From: Azolla caroliniana
Lineage: Eukaryota; Plantae; Polypodiophyta
Assembly (NCBI GenBank): GCA_043228905.1
Contig: JBHGNT010000004.1
Coordinates: forward strand, 15,872,001-15,936,000
Length of the DNA stretch: 64,000 nt
Direction: 5' to 3'
The position numbers and the translations under genes were made by a program. This document shows positions 12,070-25,898 of this stretch, piece after piece. Under the pieces are notes generated by a model, which did not search any database, was not told the DNA's origin, and worked only from the letters and a program-made list of their open reading frames with translations. The first letter of the stretch is position 1; each line of letters starts with the position of its first letter.

Positions 12070-12774
12070 TGTCGTAGTGTATTCCACACACTACGTGAAA
12101 ACCATAAAATAATATATCCGAATTTAGATACATATAAATAAATAAATAATATATCAAAAGAATTTATCACGTGCATAGGGCAGGATTCGAACCATGCACC
12201 TCCACGTAGATAAACCCCAACTTTACCATTATAATAACTTATCTTTAGTGTTATAAATATAGATTTAATACGTATAAGACCTTTATTTACACATACCTTT
12301 ATTAAAAGGTAAAAATCATGTATTCTTTAGAGTGTGAATATTTTATTTACACGTGATATTAAAAGTGACTCATGCACATCTAGCGTGCATGAGCCCTATA
12401 TTTAGGAAATGACAAAGCATCACATGCACATTTAGTGTGCATGGACACTTTAGGTGAAAAAGCATGAAGCCATGCTTAGACTCTTCCATCTTTATATAAG
12501 GAGGAGAAAAATATGTATATGGTTGTTGATTAATATACAAGTTTTTGATCAATCTAATATATTCGTGGGATTCACGAATTTTGCCATCTAATTGCTCTTA
12601 TAATCTAAATATTGTTTTAATTACACTAAACTCGTGAGATTCACGAGATTGCTATCTTACTTTTCTTTCCACTATTCATAACTAGCCTTAAGTTGTATTC
12701 CTCTTCCTCCTAGTCAAAAACCTCGGCGGTTCCCACCCGACTCACGCAACGATCCGGAGCCGAAGGGCACGACA
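12070..12774 (+). mobile_element. Solo LTR, Phygy-like gypsy family
   Basis: TGTCGT...ACGACA termini; 4-bp TSD GCGT whose removal restores the copia B frame (RRFTQKEKGK); homologous to 36552-37368. Confidence 0.88.
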
Positions 12775-15455
12775 GCGTAAACCGTCTCCTCGACTTCCTG
12801 CACGGGGAATGCACGACTGAGTGTCCACTACTCGCCGGCTCTTCTTCGGACTGGTCAAACCAACCCAATCGCTCATTCAGTCCACTTAGCTAAAATGAAA
12901 TCAGACTCTCATCGAGGGTCTTGATTTTGCGGTCATCTGGAGGCATTTCAGCCTCGCTGACCTAATCGTCAGAACTCGGGTCCGGAGATCCGGAGTTGGA
13001 GTTGAGGTCCGGAGTCAGAGGCAAATACCAGGATGCGGACTCGTCAAACACAACATCGCGGCTCATGCGAGCTTGTTTGGATCGGGGGTTATAACACTTA
13101 TAACCCTTCTATTCGTCCTAATAGCTGACCAAGATACACTTCTCGGCTTTCATGTCCAACTTCCTCTGTTTCTCCTTCGGCACATGCACATACGCAATGC
13201 TACCGAAAACTCTCAAGTGTCGTAGATTCGGCTTCCTTCCGAAATACAGCTCATGTACTGACACTTTGTCTCTGATCCGATTCTGGATGTAGACTGCGGT
13301 TCGTACCGCTTCGGCCTAATAGAACTTGGGCAAGCTCTTTTCTTCCAGCATTGCCCGCGCCGCTTCCACAACCGACCGATTTTTCCTTTCGACTACGCCG
13401 TTTTGCTCCGGTGTATACCTGCAATTGAATTCATGCTGAATTCCCATTTGTTGCAGATAACTGTTGAATTGGCCGGAAAAGTACTCTTTTCCGCCATCCG
13501 ACCGCAGGCACTTGATCTTTCTCCCTGTTTCCCTTTCTACGAAGATTTTGAGGTCCCGGAAACAGTCGAAGACTTCACTCTTCTTTTCAATGAGATAGAT
13601 TCACGTGTGCCGTGTGTAGTCGTCGATGAAGGAGACAAAATATCGACTCCCGCCAAGACTAGCGTTCTGTGTCGGCCCCCATACATCCGAATGTATCAAG
13701 TCGAGCTTGTTCTGGCTCCGGTTACGCTGGTTGGGGAAAGGAAGTCAGTGTTGCTTCCCTAGCTGGCAGGCTTCACAAATTTGGGCCTTCCGGCCACTGA
13801 ATTTGGGCAATCCGAACACAACTTGTTTCGATTGCAAGTCCTCAAGCCTTTGATAGTTGACGTGGCCTATCCGCTTGTGCCACAAGTCCATATCCGATGC
13901 GACTTTTTGTCCTTTTGCGAACATTGCGGTGACATCATTGGTGTCGAGGATAAACATCCTCCCGTCTCTACGCCCTTGCGCAATAACTTGGCCTTCCTCC
14001 TCGATGAAGCACCCGAGATGCATGAACCGGACTTACATCCCTTGGTCGACGATCTACCCGACCGACACCAGATTCATCGTGATTGTCGGGACATGTAAAA
14101 CGTTTTCCCCTTTTTGCCCGACATGGCTCAGGGGAACTTCACCGACATTCTCGATCGGATGTGGAGTGTTGTCTCCTGTTGCTACTACTCCCGATTGCAT
14201 TGGTTTCTCAAGGTATGAGAACCACTCCTTATGGCTCGTCATGTGGTTTGACGAGACGGAGTCAATGTACCACACCTCGTTTGATTTCGAGGTCGTCTTC
14301 TTCATCGAGTTCGCCTCGTGTCTCGTCAGGAAGGCTGCCCCCTTTCCGACTTTTTCGGATCCTTCGGCGTAGTGCGATCGCTGCCGATTTCCTTTGTCGG
14401 TTTGTTCGTATTTGGATCTGGTTTTCTCCGAATCGGCGCGCTTCTTCTAGCACTCGCTCTCCTTGTGGCCTTTCTTGCCACAATACCAGCATTCCACGAC
14501 GGGTTTCCCATGCCGGTTCTCGTCACCTCAACTCACCCTATTTCCGGAGGGTCCAAAATTGTTGTCCACATCACTTCGGTGCCTTCTCCCTTGATCCCGT
14601 CGGCGGCCTCCATTGTGCACCGACTCGCCTCCTCCGCCACGACCATGGGGCCTATCTCCCTCCGTGTACAACATCTTGTTATCTGTGTGCGTACTCGTCA
14701 ATGCACCCGCTTGGTTCTCCTCTATAAGGAGCATCAACTATAGGTCGAAAAACGACGGCGTATTCTCCCGTGTGCACACAACAGTTCAGAACACTCCGAA
14801 CTTCGACGCCAGTCCCCCGAGACAAATCTACACCATCTTGCCTTCCTCGACATTCACATTGATGGAGGCTAAGGAGGCACATATATCTTTGATCTTCGAG
14901 GTATAATCAGCCACCGACAAATTGCTTTGGCGCAAGTTGCTCAACTCCTGTCGGAGTTCAAGCTTGCTAACTATGGTGCTTGCGGCGAAAATCTTTTTCA
15001 GATTTCCCCAAGCATCCTTCGCCGTTTTCGCATCCCGAATATAGCTCAAAAGTTGTTCGCCCACACAAGATGCAAAGCAGTAGAGAACTCTGCTCGCGGA
15101 CTATTCCCAAGTCGGGAAGTTTTTGTGTGTTGAATCGGGTGTTGTGTCATTTGCTCCGTCGACATAGCTCCAATATCCATGCCCGAGTAGGTACTGGTGC
15201 ATCTTGTACGACCAAGACACGTAGTTGTTTTTGTCGAGCTTTTCGGTTGGAAGCGAGCTAGCCATGCCTCTATCCATTTGGTTTTCCCTGTTCTTTACAA
15301 AGGTTAGGTTTTCTTCTCGAGCTAAGGTCGGCTGCAGAGGTTCTCAACCCTAGCGCTCTGATACCCTGTGAAAAGAACAACGTGCGGAAGCAACAGAAAG
15401 CAGAACGTAGGAAAACACAGGTTTAATGGAGAGCTTGGACACACACACAATATGC

Positions 15456-15503
<48 letters not shown>

Positions 15504-18500
15504 ATACACACCACTCTATTCAAAAAATAATACTCAGTTTGTACATCGGATGTGCTCAGTGAGCACTTTTATACAAGTCCATACGGACTAACAAAAGTAC
15601 TGAGCTCTACACTAACTCCTAAAATATATTCCTACGCGGAATATCTTTTCAACAGCCTCGCGGTTTACGCACCGCTACGGCTTCTCATTGCGCACTTGTT
15701 TACACACCCAGTTTACGCACTAGTCCGGCCTAACCGATTGGTACCAACCGATCCGGTTCTCGGCTTGCACGGCCGATCCGGCCAATGTTGAGCTTGTATC
15801 TCAACACTTGCTCAACACTCCCCCGCAAGCACAACTTGAGGTTCGTCCATCATGTAAGATTTAGCCACTCCTTGCAACCAACTCCTCTTGGCGTTCTATC
15901 ACTTAGCTCGCGCTCCGTATCCAGTCTAGCCTAGCATCCCACGATCCCTTCGGGCCGACGTTCCTCAAACCATCTGGTTCCGTGCACCTCGATCCCTATG
16001 GTCAAGTTTTCTTCTCATTAGGCCCTTCTCAGTTGTCTCGTTGTTACGACATTGGCGCCCCTCGAGCCACCTACTTCTTCGTTTCAATGTCGGCTTCGGC
16101 TGCCCTCTCGTCCGTCGGGCCTTCATATGATTCGACTCTTCCAAATTAATTGTCTCTGATTCGTCATCTTTTAGGCTTTTCACCACATTTGACCACGTAC
16201 TAGTCTTGGCTTTCACCTTTAGGTCAGCTCCACCATTCTTGGCTCTACTGCCTATCTTGGCTTTCTCAACTCTAACTCCCCCTTGTTTGGTTAGTTCCGG
16301 CTCTGGTTCTTTCCTCCGATTGCTCCCCCTGCAGCTAGCCAATCTCCACTTGGTTGCTCCTCTTCCACGTATCTTCATGTCCGAGGTGTCCTTCACTTCG
16401 TCAACCGATCTGAATGCCCCCCCGTCTTTTTCAGTCGTTCTGAAATTAAACTCCTCATCCGATTCGGCTTTTCAGACATCATCTCTCTCCATCTTTCTGG
16501 CTTCACTCCTCCCCCTCAAGTTCAGCATGTTGAGTTGTTGTAAACCAAGCCTACTCAAAAAATGTCGCAACATGTCAAGACCGAGAGGTTTGGTAAAGGT
16601 GTCAGTAACTTGTTGATCAGTGGGAACATGTTGCAGCTCCACTTCTCCCTAGAGGACTCATTCATGGACAAATTGACAGGGTTCTTCCCCCTGGATGTTG
16701 TTGAGGTTGTCACAATATATCATTCTCGGTTCAGACACCTCTACATGCAGAGCCTTGAAGAGCCTCTTATGCCATATGGCTTCGCATGTCGCGACAGCCG
16801 CTCCTAGGCATTCGGTCTCAGTACTCGACAATGCAACTGTCGGCTACTTCTTACTACAACAGGTGATCGTGCCACTTCCCAATGAAAACGCAAACCCTGA
16901 TTTATGACTGCTTCTTACTGCTCCAGGTGATCGCGACGTTTCCCAATGAAAACACAAACCCTGATGTAGGCCTACTATCACCGATATTTCTGGCCCAATT
17001 TGCATCCGTGTAGGTGAGCAATTCTTGAGCTACACTGGTCTGATACATAAACGCCCTATCCTTATTGTCGCTAATATATCTCAACATCCTTTGCGCACAT
17101 TGAAGGTGTTCGAGGGTCGGTTGTGACATGAACTGACTGATCAGTCTGACCAAATAGAAGAGGTTTGATCGGGTGATCATCCAGTATATTAGGCTTCTGC
17201 CTATCTATCAAACCCGTGTTGGATCACACATCATTCCGGATTCGGGCCAAAGATTAAGATTCTATTCTGGAGGAGTTGAGGTGGATTTGCAATCCGTCAT
17301 TCCGAATTTCAAGAGCATACTCAACACATACTGCCTTTGACAAATTAGTATGCCTTCGGGGGTGCAGATTACTTCAAATGATGCAGCTAGCTGAGACTTC
17401 ATTTGACTGATTTCTTCCATGTCAATGTCGACGATGACCAAGTCATCGACATAAAGTAGAATACTTACCGGCCTATTCCGACCTGGCCGGATTAACAGTG
17501 AAAAGTCCGATTTCGATGTAGCCAACCCCATCCGATGCAATCATTGCGTGATCTTCGCATTCCAAGCACGCATGGCTTGCTTTAGTTGGTAGAGGAACTT
17601 CTTCAGTCGACAAACGGCCGACGTGTTCAATCCAAACTAAAATCCACGAGGTTGTACCATATACACATGTTCCTCAAGAGCTCCTTGTAAGAACACGTTC
17701 TTGACATCCATCCGGTGCAGATGTCATCCCTTTGTCGCGGCAATTGCTAGCAAGACATAGATAGTTGCCAACTTCATGACCGGTGTAAACTTCTCATCAT
17801 AATCAATGTCATGTTGATCTGCATAGGCATTTGCCACCAATCTGACCTTGTACCGGTTGACGAAACCATCAACGTTGTACTTGAACTTGTACACCGACTT
17901 GTATCCGATAAGCTTCACACCCTTGGGGACCTCAACTTGGTCCCATGTTTCGTTCTCCGCCAATGCGTGCATCTCTTCCTCTGTAACGGCATGCCAATTC
18001 GCATTCTTCGCCACCTCAGCGTAGCTCACTAGCTCACGCACTTCCCCCACCTTTTCCATATAGGCATAGTGATGTGCCATATAGTTGTTGTACCCTACCC
18101 AACTACATGGTTCTTTTGGCGTTGTCATGGCGTGGCTCACCTAGAAGCGTAGCATTGCGTAGACATAAGATATCCTGAAAGTGTGGAAGGAATCACTGGG
18201 ATTATGGACGAAAGAGACGAAAAGAGTAGATATGTAGTAAACAGAGATCAACGAGATATGACAAGATAGGATGTAAAATGATATTTGAGGGAATGTAAGA
18301 CATTTATAATTATTAGAAGAAAGAGTTACAAAATAGTTGTGAGTGTCATTGAACCTTTGCACTTTGTCTCTCAAGGTAGATCACAATCTTCACTTCTATC
18401 GCTCTTCTCTTTCTTGATAGTAGACCACAATCTTCTATTCTATCTTTTGATGAGATAAGACTCAAACATCCACCCTTTTTGTTGAGAGTTGAGCACGACA

Positions 18501-19074
18501 ACCACCAAGTTAGAGCTTCTCTTGTATATTGACCTTCTTTTCTTCTTTCTCTATTGGGATATCTCTTACAACATAAGTCTATTTGATTCTATTGATATAT
18601 ATAATATAGTTCTTTAAATATTGATTGATTCCTTGATATCCTTGTGACTATACCCCCTTCTCCTTTTATAGGAAGGGGATGGTTTTGCATGTGGGCCATA
18701 TGTCACACATGCAGAGAGGGCTCTTGCATGTGTGCTATATATATGGTGCACATATGGCACATTACATGGTTTAGACTATATATTATCAGTTCAAATAAAA
18801 TTACAAGGTTGAGAGTCCTAAGGTGGGAGTTATTGGTTCAAGTTCTTTCTTGTCCATGTTATATAATATATATACTGTTTATTTGCCTCTACATATAATG
18901 TATAATATTATCATAGTGTGTTGTTAATATTATCTTTATAAAACATTATCAAGATTTATTTTATTTTAGTTACGTATTTATCTTATTGTATATTTTTAAT
19001 GTGAAGCTTTCCTACTTCACGACATCCACCCCCTCTAGACCTGCACATCCTCCGGCATGTGCCACTATCTTTCA

Positions 19075-22000
19075 TCTTCATGTTGATCTATTGTAGGAGG
19101 TTCAAGTTCAAACCTTTTCTTAAATACTTTTATCCTCTTTCCAGCTACCACATTTAGGATTAGTGTGCCATCCAATTTACTAAGCTTATAAGTAAAGTTA
19201 TCATATACTTTTTTCACTATGTAGGGCCCAAACCATCTTTCAGCAAGCTTGCGGATATTGCTATATGTTGATTAGCTAAACTACTATCATACACAAGCAC
19301 CCAATCCCCCTCTTCTATTTTCTTAAGCCGAATTCTATGAGTTTTATCAAAACGAATTTTATTCTTCAGTTGAGCCTCCAATCGTTGTGCTACTAATTCT
19401 ACATCTTCATGGCAACGCTCTAATTATTGAATTCGCGAAGTAAGCAATTCTTCTCTGCTCAACTCTTCTCTCCATGGAATAGATGTCCATGACATAATTG
19501 ATTCTTCTATTGGCATGATGGGTTTTTGGCCAAGTATCAGTTTAGCTGTGACGGGAACTCAAGGCTCCTTATGCGCAACGCTCGGCCACAACCGAGCTTA
19601 GAATGATACACAGAAAACGGGAAATAGAACACGACACAAAGAAGAGGAAGATACACAGGAGGTTTACGTGGAAAACCCCAAACTAGGGGAAAAACCACGG
19701 CAGCCCACAGGCTGCAAACTGTCACTATGTAAGAATGTACAAAACAGTGAGTTCACGGAGGCAACGACCTCGGACTCACGATCTTCACCACAGGCGGCGG
19801 TTACAACAGAGGCAGCGACCTCTTTCTCTCTCTCTCTGTACAACGTTACGTACTCTCTCTTCTTCTTGCACCAACAAGAAAATGACAACAACTACAACTC
19901 ATACTAAAAGTTTGCCCTAAGTCATATTTATACTAATATGACTTTTCGGCTATTTACAAACATAGCCTCAATGGACTCTCAGAAACATATTTATGAATAT
20001 GTCTCTTCATCCGGTTCATATCGGGTCTGCACCATCCGGCTCTCCGTAGCCGGGTACTCCTCATCCGGTTCATACCGGGTCTGTATCATCCAGCTCTCCG
20101 TAGCCGGGTACTCCTCATCCGGTTCATATCGGGTCTGCACCATCCGGCTCTCCGTAGCCAGGTACTCCTCATCTGGTTCATATCGGGTCTGTATCATCCG
20201 GCTCTCCGTAGCCAGGTACTCATTCAGTTCATACCGGGTCTGCACCATCCGGCTCTCCGTAGCCAGGTACTCCTCATCCGGTTCATACCGGGTCTGTATC
20301 ATCCGGCTCTCCGTAGCCGGGTACTCCTCTTCCGATTTCGGCCTCGGCCGAGATTGTTCGTCGGCACTGTTCTTCTCCCTTCCCATCCGGAGGGACCTGT
20401 CTCCCAACAAGCTGGCATATACCATGTTACAAAACTATGTGTTGTCCGATCTGCCCATAGTGCATAAGGTAGCATGCGTGGCCAATATCTTATTCTACCT
20501 TTACAACTTTTCACGATAGCCTTAACTATTGGGATATGTCCTCTTTCCATTCGCCTCTAGATTATATGCAGTTGTAAGCGATAATTTGACCCCTATCTGG
20601 CTGAAGAATTCTTTAGCTTCATCAGAATCAAGTTCTCCTCTATCTGCAATTATTTTACCAACACACCCATAACGACATAATACATCTTCTAACAAAAATA
20701 TACATACAACTCTAGTTGTTTTTTGTTGTAGTGGTTTTCCTTCTACTTGGTTTGTAAGGTCTTCTCTTGCTAGTACTAAATATCGCATTTAACCTTCACC
20801 AAGTGACATTGTCACTAGATTGACCACATGTTGGTTTTAGCTGATCTCAATACCGAATAGTTGAATACCTTTGGCAAACCTCACAGGTTTCCACAAATTT
20901 CATTACATCTTTATACATATGTGGCCACCAATACTTTTCTTTCAACTTCATAAATGTCGCCCATATGCCTCTATGTCCTACCCACAAACTATCATGGAAT
21001 TCATTAATTAATTTTCTCTTAATGTCATCCTTACAAATGACTTGAAGAGGATTTTCGGTTGGCCTTTTTGGACGCCTCCATAAATGCCCTTCATGTAGAA
21101 AAAACTTGAATGCCCGTCTTCGAAATTCATTTAATTGTTTCTTCGACCATGATGGGTTGACTTCTTGAGTCTTTAGAAAATTTCCTATTTCTAACCATTG
21201 ACCTTCATACTCCGTTCCGTGTCTTTGAACATTATGCTTACATTAAACTCATCATGAGGCTTAATAGATACTTGATGAGAAACTTGATGGCTTGTAGTTG
21301 CCCAATTGTTATCTTCAGCTTGCATCACCCTTTCATTTATGAACCTTGCTCTTGATAGCATATCTGCGACTGGGTTCTCTTTGCCCTTTATATGCCGTAA
21401 TTTTGGGTTAAGGATTCTAATGTATGCAATCCACTAAAGCATTGCAATATCTGGTGTCGTGCAACTTGCTATCATTCCAATGAGTGGCAGACAATTTGTT
21501 TCAACCACTACATCTGCTCCGATCAAGTAATCTCTATCTGTTTTTAATGCAGTAATCAAACCCCACAATTCTCGTTTAACTTGTGCGTAATTTCTTTGTC
21601 TTTCATTTAATATCTTTGCTCCAAACTTGATAACATATCAATGTTGGTCTTTATCTTCTTGGTTGATAACCCAACCGATCCCAATTTGGCTAGTATCAAT
21701 TGTCATTATAATTGGTCTTTCACCTTTGTAGTCTGGTTGATGAAGAACTGGAGCTTTCAATAATGCTTCTTCCAATTGTTGAACAACTTGTGTATGTTCA
21801 TCAATCCAAATAAACTTCTTCCCTTTTCTTAAAAGTTGGTAGAGAGGATCTGATACATGTGCAAAGTGTGGTAACCAAATATGATAAAACACACATGCAC
21901 CTAAAAATCATCTCACCTCTGTTACCGATTCACAAACCTCCTTCATATTTTGTATTGTGTTAATTTTGATCGGTTAAGACTTCCTCCCATACCAGCCACA

Positions 22001-25000
22001 CATATGACCAACTATCAATTGGGCTAGTATCAATTGTCATTATAATTGGTTTTTCACCTTTGTAGTCTGGTTGATGAAGAACTGGAGCTTTCAATAATGC
22101 TTCTTCCAATTGTTGAACAACTTGTGTATGTTCATCAATCCAAATAAACTTCTTCCCTTGTCTTAAAAGTTGGTAGAGAGGATCTGATACATGTGCAAAG
22201 TGTGGTAACCAAATATGATAAAACACACATGCACCTAAAAATCATCTCACCTCTGTTACCGATTCACAAACCTCCTTCATATTTTGTATTGTGTTAATTT
22301 TGATCGGTTAAGACTTCCTCCCATACCAACCACACATATGACCAACTATCAGAACTTCGTTTTGCCCAAAGCTTGACTTTGTTCCTGATAGTGTCAAATG
22401 TACCTACTCAAGCTTATTTAAAATACTTTCACAATCATTAATGTGATCCATCACAAACTTTCTACAACCATTTCCAACCATAGTCTCATCTTTCTCTCTT
22501 TCTAAGAAACCTTTAATAGTTACTTTTGGGATGTATTCATGTAGAACTTTGTTCATTGCATTCATCATATGAGCAACTGAATTTGTCCCACCTTGAGGTA
22601 GAGTGCACATTCGAACCAACCCAATTGGTGTTTTCATTGTTGTGATATTGTGACTATCAATTGCTAGTTGAAATTAGGTTGTATCTTGAATATAGGCCTC
22701 TCATAGAGTAAATTGCTCTCCCAGCAAAAGCTTCCGCAAATTCATCAACGATCGGCCCAATTCCTGCATTTCGGATTGTGACTTTGTTGACTGGTTGTAA
22801 ATCTTGAATGACTCTTAGATAACCATCTTTCTTTGGAACTGTGAACCATCTATTGGAGTATGGTGCATTTGAAGGCTCTAAAATCTTCATCTTGACTTTA
22901 TGCTTTAGCAGCTCCAACAATTGAAGTAATCGAACTCTTGGTACTGCAATAGGTTCAAAATTCCAAGGATTATGATGGATAGAAAATATTACCATTGGCG
23001 TCAACACCTTTCGATCTATACAACCAATCTCCTTAGCTTTGAATGTGAACGCTTTCCCATGCCTAAAGATCATTTCTTTGAAAGTCGCGATCTCTAATTA
23101 CAGAAGAAATTCACCCCCTCCGATTCTCAAGTTATTTATTGTCTCCGAAGTGAAGTGATGTCCGATCTTCTCTATTGGTTGAAGCATTGGCTCGGTTGCT
23201 GCTGCCTCCATCTTCTCATCACTACTAATGGGTAATGGTACTGCAGGAGGTTTGACCTTTTTATCTATTGTTTTGTATTTTGTATTACATAAATATTCTA
23301 CTTCTTCATATTTACAATTATACCTATCAATCTCATAATACATATCAATTGAGTTTACATGTATCATTCTAACACTCTCATCATCTTCTTTCAAATACAT
23401 TTCTAAATCTTCTATAGTATTTGCAAAAGAAATTTCTTCCATAACAGTTTCAATGTGCTCTTCCATTCATGTACTCTGTTATCCTTCAATGCCTATTGAA
23501 ACAAATTAGCATTCTTTTTCAAGTTCCTCTTGCATTCATACATCCTGGTCGCACATATAGCACCACTTTCAGAAATATGAAATGACTTATTCATATGTTG
23601 TAATGCCCTATGTGAGGGTCTTTTAATAATGGGACTATTGTAACCCTCATTTGCAACAATCCTAGTAAAAAACCGTATTATCAAAATCATCACATTCTTT
23701 TGGTATCAAATGATCACGAAGCTCTTGCTTGTTCCTCTCATGATTTGGGCAAACTGTCATAAACTATATAGTTCGTCGTCCATCTTGGCTATGGATTTTT
23801 GCATAAGCAGAACCATTGGCGAGGACTTTGGTCTCCATCCGTACCGCTGTGATGTATGGTTGCCCCAAGATTATCGGATAGGTAGATCTTGCATAAAGAA
23901 ATGTTGATCTACCTCTATATCACCAATAGTAACCTTTACATTTGGGCATGCACCAAATAAAGCTTCGGTGACTAATATGGCTGCTTTTACGCGCCAACCA
24001 TGTTGAGTATCAATTGGCCATCTACCTTTCTTGTAAAAATTAACACTCATTATATTTATTTCAAAACCATGATCAATAAGTGCCATCACCGGGTCTGGAA
24101 CATTTCCAATCTTCACATGATGCTCAGTAGTGGCTCTTGCCCAACATTTGCGAGAGTAGTGGCTTCTTGCATCTGTTGAACTTATCATTGAGGTTGATGC
24201 ATGTTGAGAGTAAAAAATGATATTGTTCAACTCGTTGCTCACCAATTCATATGCCACCTTCGGATTTTCCTCTTTAACCTGCTCATTTACTTGATTCTTT
24301 CTTCACACAATATCAATTATTTCATCATGAAATTCCTTTTTTGCAATACCTAACACTTCTCTTAGTGTAAATTCTACTCGACTGTCTAGTATTCTTTTTT
24401 CTAAAATTTTCTTTAAATCTATATCCTTTTCAATATCAGACATTAATGAACGAAGGACCAAATTTACCTTTTTCGACTTTCACATCCTTCTCTTTTCTTT
24501 TGCTTTCTCTTGTTTCATGCTTCTTTGTTTGCCCAATCTCATCATCTGGCCTTTTCATTTTTTCTTCCACTATCACCTCATAGTCTTGGTGTTCTGCCAT
24601 CTGAGCATAGACTATCATAGCATCTACCAGAACATCCCATCCAATATTTTTTCTTACAAAATCTCCAGAAACACTAAGGTCTTCCATCTTCAGCTTTTGC
24701 TTTTGTGCAGAACTTACAACCTTCTCCCAGAATGGTGATCGGCATAGCATGTCATCAAGACGTATTCCTACCATTGCCGAATAGTACATTGCAGAAGCCT
24801 TAACCTTCCTTGCTTCATCTTCTTCAACCTTAACCTTAACACTACCATCACCAAAGTTCTTTGTAAGCGGACTTCTAGTTTCAGTTAAGTAAATGTTACC
24901 ATTTTTCCAATACACCAAGTCTCGATTTTCCATGTCTTTATACTCTTGACAATCACGTAATCGATGTTCAAGACTATCGCACCACATGCATTGAGGTCGA

Positions 25001-25840
25001 AATGGTTCCCTTCACCTCGAAGTCTGACCATTCTCAAGCTTTGCCACTTTAATTGTTAAATCTTTCATACTTTGAACTAGATCATCAAGCAAAGAATCAC
25101 TCTTAGTTCTGGTCACCTCTCGTTGTTGATGCAACATTTTGTGAGATGGTTCTCGACCAAGTCTTTGAACATCGATGTTTTGCTCGAGCTGATTAGTGAT
25201 TCCCACATGTGGTGTTTGTAGCATTGCACCATTCCTTTGCCTTCTTTTCATAAATTTATTACAAGCATTTGTTACCTCATTCCAATATGCAATTATACCA
25301 TCCTCGGTATTTGGTACCTCAAGCATAAATTCCAATTCTTTTTTATATCTCTTGTCAACTGCCTGCAAAAATAAAGCAACCTTTTCCTGAGACAATGAAT
25401 TTCTTTCTTCTGGCTTTAAGTGTCCATACAATCTATCAAACTCTTTTTTCGTGGCAGCCATAGATAATCCTTTATCTTCTTTTAGGACCTATTCATGGAA
25501 TGAACGCATATTAACTCAAGAGAAATCCTCACGAGCATATTCAGACACAATTGCATCGTTGAATACATTCCAATCCAAACTATGCAATGCTTGTATTTCA
25601 CGAATTCTACCTCTTAATTACATGTCCGCTAATTTATAAAAATTTGCTATCATATTGACATCATTCACACTAGACATTTCCATTTCATCATAATATATAT
25701 TGACATACTTTGAAATATATGTGCCATCAAACACACCAATCTTCTCTCAGACTTCTCGTAAGGCATGAAATAATTGATCTTGATTCAATTTTTCAATAAA
25801 CAACCTTACCGGATCCATTGTACTCGTACTATCCATGTTG
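19075..25840 (-). pseudogene. Fragmented gag-protease and pol of the old Phygy-like element, with a ~334-bp tandem duplication at ~21680-22350
   Basis: CMWCDSLEHRLRDC knuckle, ALIDHG protease, YSNRWFTVPKK RT, YLVLAREDLTNQVEG integrase; many stops and frameshifts. Confidence 0.9.
19549..20409 (-). mobile_element. Solo LTR of copia family E (E2) with ~5.5 x 60-bp tandem repeat
   Basis: TG..CA; perfect TSD AGCTG; homologous to 10719-11363. Confidence 0.9.
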
Positions 25841-25880
25841 ATGTTGATCTTTACTTTAGATGTCTCTTCTACTTCCCCGT

Positions 25881-25898
25881 TTCACGTCGGGTTCACCA
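25881..25898 (-). promoter_or_regulatory. PBS complementary to the 3' end of tRNA-Trp
   Basis: TGGTGAACCCGACGTGAA, identical to 55720-55737; matches the plant tRNA-Trp 3' end TTCACGTCGGGTTCACCA. Confidence 0.88.

Larger units (their letters stand above)
8632..15806 (-). mobile_element. Ty1/copia element B (degenerate): 3' LTR remnant 8632-8698, 5' LTR 15367-15806
   Basis: 8632-8698 matches the end of 15367-15806; PPT at 8699; mutated iMet PBS; gag (start 15277), PR, INT and RT-RH fragments on minus strand. Confidence 0.9.

Noticed and set aside
12172-12240. Functional tRNA genes (also ~2670, 30830, 31270, 37208, 43215)
   Set aside because: Only the A/B boxes and T-arm are recognisable; anticodon and acceptor stems do not form properly; all lie inside LTRs
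19938-20519. Repeat proteins from ORFs 19938-20519, 19991-20425 and 31795-32398
   Set aside because: Translations of tandem repeats inside LTRs
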